This document shows, in pieces, positions 61,601-64,000 of a DNA stretch of 64,000 nt. How positions within the stretch are numbered: the first letter of the stretch is position 1; the number at the start of each line of letters is the position of its first letter. The DNA is from Guillardia theta CCMP2712 (Eukaryota > Protista > Cryptophyta): positions 79,726 to 143,725 of the forward strand of contig NW_005434625.1 of assembly GCF_000315625.1 (NCBI RefSeq). The letters are read 5' to 3'. The translations under genes were made by a program, and so were the position numbers. Under the pieces are notes generated by a model. It made no database searches. It was not told the origin of the DNA and saw only the letters and a list, made by a program, of their open reading frames with translations.

Positions 61601-62329
61601 TGCCGGATAAGCAATCACAATCAACTTCGAATCATTCACACAGATTTTCTGAATTGTTTGCCATCTGGGACATCTTTGCCTGTGGCAAATGATCACAGCT
61701 TGGAATCAATATACGTCGTTATACCATGTTGTACCACGTGCTAGCATACAAAGAAATCAGTATGAAGATAAAATTGAGGATGTGACATTTGTATCAAAAC
61801 AAATATTGCGACGTGCAAGAAACAGGGCGGAGGAGAGGAGAGCGAGAGGGGGGGGAACGACAAAGTACATGGCAGAAGAGAGGTGCGAGGAGAGACAACG
61901 AGATAAGCGAACAGGAGCTGAAGGGAGGGGAGAAATAAGTTGATGCGAGGTGCGGCGAGGCGACGAACAGAGACAAGGATCAATATGCACAACCTGCTTC
62001 GCTCTTTCCATCCTTCCTGTGACGTACAGAGATCTTTTCAGACCTTCATATAATCCTCCACGGAAAACGAGGAAGTAGATGGAAACAGCAAGACCAAGCA
62101 CGATGTGCAAAGATATGCTCTCGTTTGCTCGCAACGACCCCGGATATGTCCACTGCAACTTGAAGCCGTATCAGTACCATGTGTTTCACGTAGTTGGATG
62201 CATCACCCTTACCCTCCTGCCCTCCTCCGTGCTATCCCTCTCTTAGCCGTTTCCTCCTGGCTATCCCTCTCTTCTCAGATACTTGCTCGTACTTCTTCAT
62301 TGCCCTCTCGCTCTTTCCTGCTACCTTTT

Positions 62330-62530
62330 CCTTCGCTCTCCTCCTCCCTCGCTCTCCTCCTCCCTCGCTCTCCTCCTCCCTCGCTCTTCTCCTCCCTCGC
62401 TCTTCTCCTCCCTCGCTCTCCTCCTCCCTCGCTCTCCTCCTCCCTCGCTCTCCTCCTCCCTCGCTCTCCTCCTCCCTCGCTCTCCTCCTCCCTCGCTCTT
62501 CTCCTCCCTCGCTCTCTCGCCCTCGCTCTT
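62330..62530. repeat. Degenerate (ctcctccctcgct)n pyrimidine minisatellite
   Basis: Direct reading of the sequence. Confidence 0.85.
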
Positions 62531-62632
62531 CCTTCCTTCCACTTCTGGCTACTTGAGGCGACAGCCTGCGCCGCACGTGCCATTTCTGCTGGGATCCCCC
62601 AGCACTTGAGTACTGCAAGTTTAGCTCAAATA

Positions 62633-62729
62633 AGTAAAGGCAGAGGAGTAAAGGCAGATGAGTAAAGGCAGATGAGTAAAGGCAGATGAGTAAAGGCAGA
62701 TGAGTAAAGGCAGATGAGTAAAGGCAGAT
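62633..62729. repeat. 14-bp minisatellite (agtaaaggcagatg) x7
   Basis: Direct reading of the sequence. Confidence 0.95.
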
Positions 62730-63059
62730 ATCGGAGTCCTTGAAACCTCCGCCGGTGTCTTGCGGTTCTTCTGTTTTCACTGCTCGGCGAGGCTCCCGGC
62801 GGGCCCCGGGCCCCGGGCCGGATCTTGCCTTAGTCACGCTGATGTGCTACTTGAACCGGCCCTCACTAAAAAAAAACCATGACCGTACTCCCCCCCCCCC
62901 CCCAGAGTACCCCCACCCACTTGAGTATGTAAAGAGAAGTCTCGAATGGACGGGTACGAAAGTTAAATTGTTGATGTGCCTCACCACCACCCCTCTCTCT
63001 GCAACCACCTCTTTCCGTCTGCTGCCCCGACGCCCCAGCATCACCTCTTCTTCGCTCAG

Positions 63060-63851
63060 ATGCATGGCGATCACCTGCGATTGAACGAGGCTGCTTCCAT
63101 TGCTCTCGATTTGTATTCATCAACCCAACAGCTGGATCAATACGAAAGACCTGGACAAGATGAGATGAACAAGGCAGAGATAGAAACATTGCCGTTCGTA
63201 TCAGTATGGACCGAGGACGAGGCGGTCATGGATTATTCCTTGGATCACTTTTTAAATCCTCTTCCAGCAATTTCATCCGAGGAAGTGGGGCTCCAAGGCT
63301 CGTGCTCCTCGTCGGTCTGGTCCAGTCAGTCTGCAGAAACTTCAGCTGACATCTCTACGCAATCATCAACCATGTCAAGCTCCGGATGCTGGAGTGACGC
63401 CCGCCGAGCAAAGCATAGCATCTCCTGCCGCAGCAAGACTAAGCTCTCTATCGCCGAGAAGCTCGCAATCGTCAGCGACTTCGAGCTCAATCGCACCCCG
63501 CAGTCCGTCCTTGCTGCTCGCTTCGGAAAGAGCAAGTCTGCCATCTCCAAGATTCTGCGACCAGACAGCGTGGCGAGGCTGAGGTCGATAGAGAGGATGG
63601 GGGTCGAGGCGTCGCAGAGCAGCTGCGCGAGGTCGCACAACGAGGAACTCGAGCGCAGGCTGCACGAGTACGTGGAGGCCAACCAGCGGGAGTCGCAGTG
63701 GAGACTGGAAATACGCAGGAGGGCGGAGGAGGTGGGAAGGGAGCTTGGATTGCTGGGGTTTCACGCCACCAAGGGGTGGTGCGACCGGTTTATCAGGCGA
63801 CACGGGTTCGAGCAGAGAGGATGGGGACCGAAGGGACCCACTGCAACATGA
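63060..63851 (+). CDS. CENP-B/pogo-type bipartite HTH DNA-binding protein lacking a DDE domain
   Basis: LSIAEKLAIV..VLAARFGKSKSAISKIL (CENP-B_N/psq HTH) plus ELERRLHEYV..IRRRA..FHATKGWCDRFIRRHG (Tc5 HTH). Stop follows shortly after; acidic/Ser-rich N-terminus. Confidence 0.85.
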   Translation: MHGDHLRLNEAASIALDLYSSTQQLDQYERPGQDEMNKAEIETLPFVSVWTEDEAVMDYSLDHFLNPLPAISSEEVGLQGSCSSSVWSSQSAETSADISTQSSTMSSSGCWSDARRAKHSISCRSKTKLSIAEKLAIVSDFELNRTPQSVLAARFGKSKSAISKILRPDSVARLRSIERMGVEASQSSCARSHNEELERRLHEYVEANQRESQWRLEIRRRAEEVGRELGLLGFHATKGWCDRFIRRHGFEQRGWGPKGPTAT

Positions 63852-64000
63852 TAAGAGTCCTCAGCAGGTTGTAGACTTAGATGGTTTGCAAGTATTGAGC
63901 AAATCGAAGGAGAGGAGAAACAATGACATAAGAAGGAGGAACGAGGAGTATGAAGGCTGGAATGAAAGAGAAAAGTTGTGCTCCTTATACCTTACCTTGT

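Overview
Gene-dense eukaryotic nuclear DNA with many short GT-AG introns, often filled with microsatellites. The style (bipartite signal+Phe-transit presequence, flagellar genes, SHAQKYF-type Myb, small PAS proteins) suggests a cryptophyte alga; this is inference. About 20 genes were assembled by hand from ORF fragments and splice sites, so outer coordinates of spliced genes are approximate. Bases 1-6263 are a head-to-tail array (~2.5-2.6 kb unit, spanning a 100-N gap) of a gene with NLS + SUMO-interacting-like motif + coiled coil + PP2C/PTC7-type phosphatase. It is followed by an archaeal/plant-type D-aminoacyl-tRNA deacylase (DTD2/GEK1) with a plastid-type presequence, a small Cys-rich secreted protein, a duplicated small ORF, a TTLL2-like glutamylase, an HSPBAP1-like JmjC protein, a CREST membrane protein, a Myb TF, a CNBD K+ channel, an EF-hand protein, an F-box/cyclin fusion, a CUE-domain/Leu-Phe-tRNA-protein transferase fusion, a chromovirus remnant, PAS proteins, a 2H phosphoesterase protein, dynein IC78/DNAI1, a pectinacetylesterase/Notum-like hydrolase, PRORP and a DDE-less CENP-B-type HTH protein. 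Most notable: the CUE-L/F transferase fusion, the D-box+F-box+cyclin protein, the plastid-targeted DTD2, the phosphatase array, and a stereotyped two-block intergenic module (GC-rich motif mosaic + ACCCC/GGGGT block) upstream of many genes.
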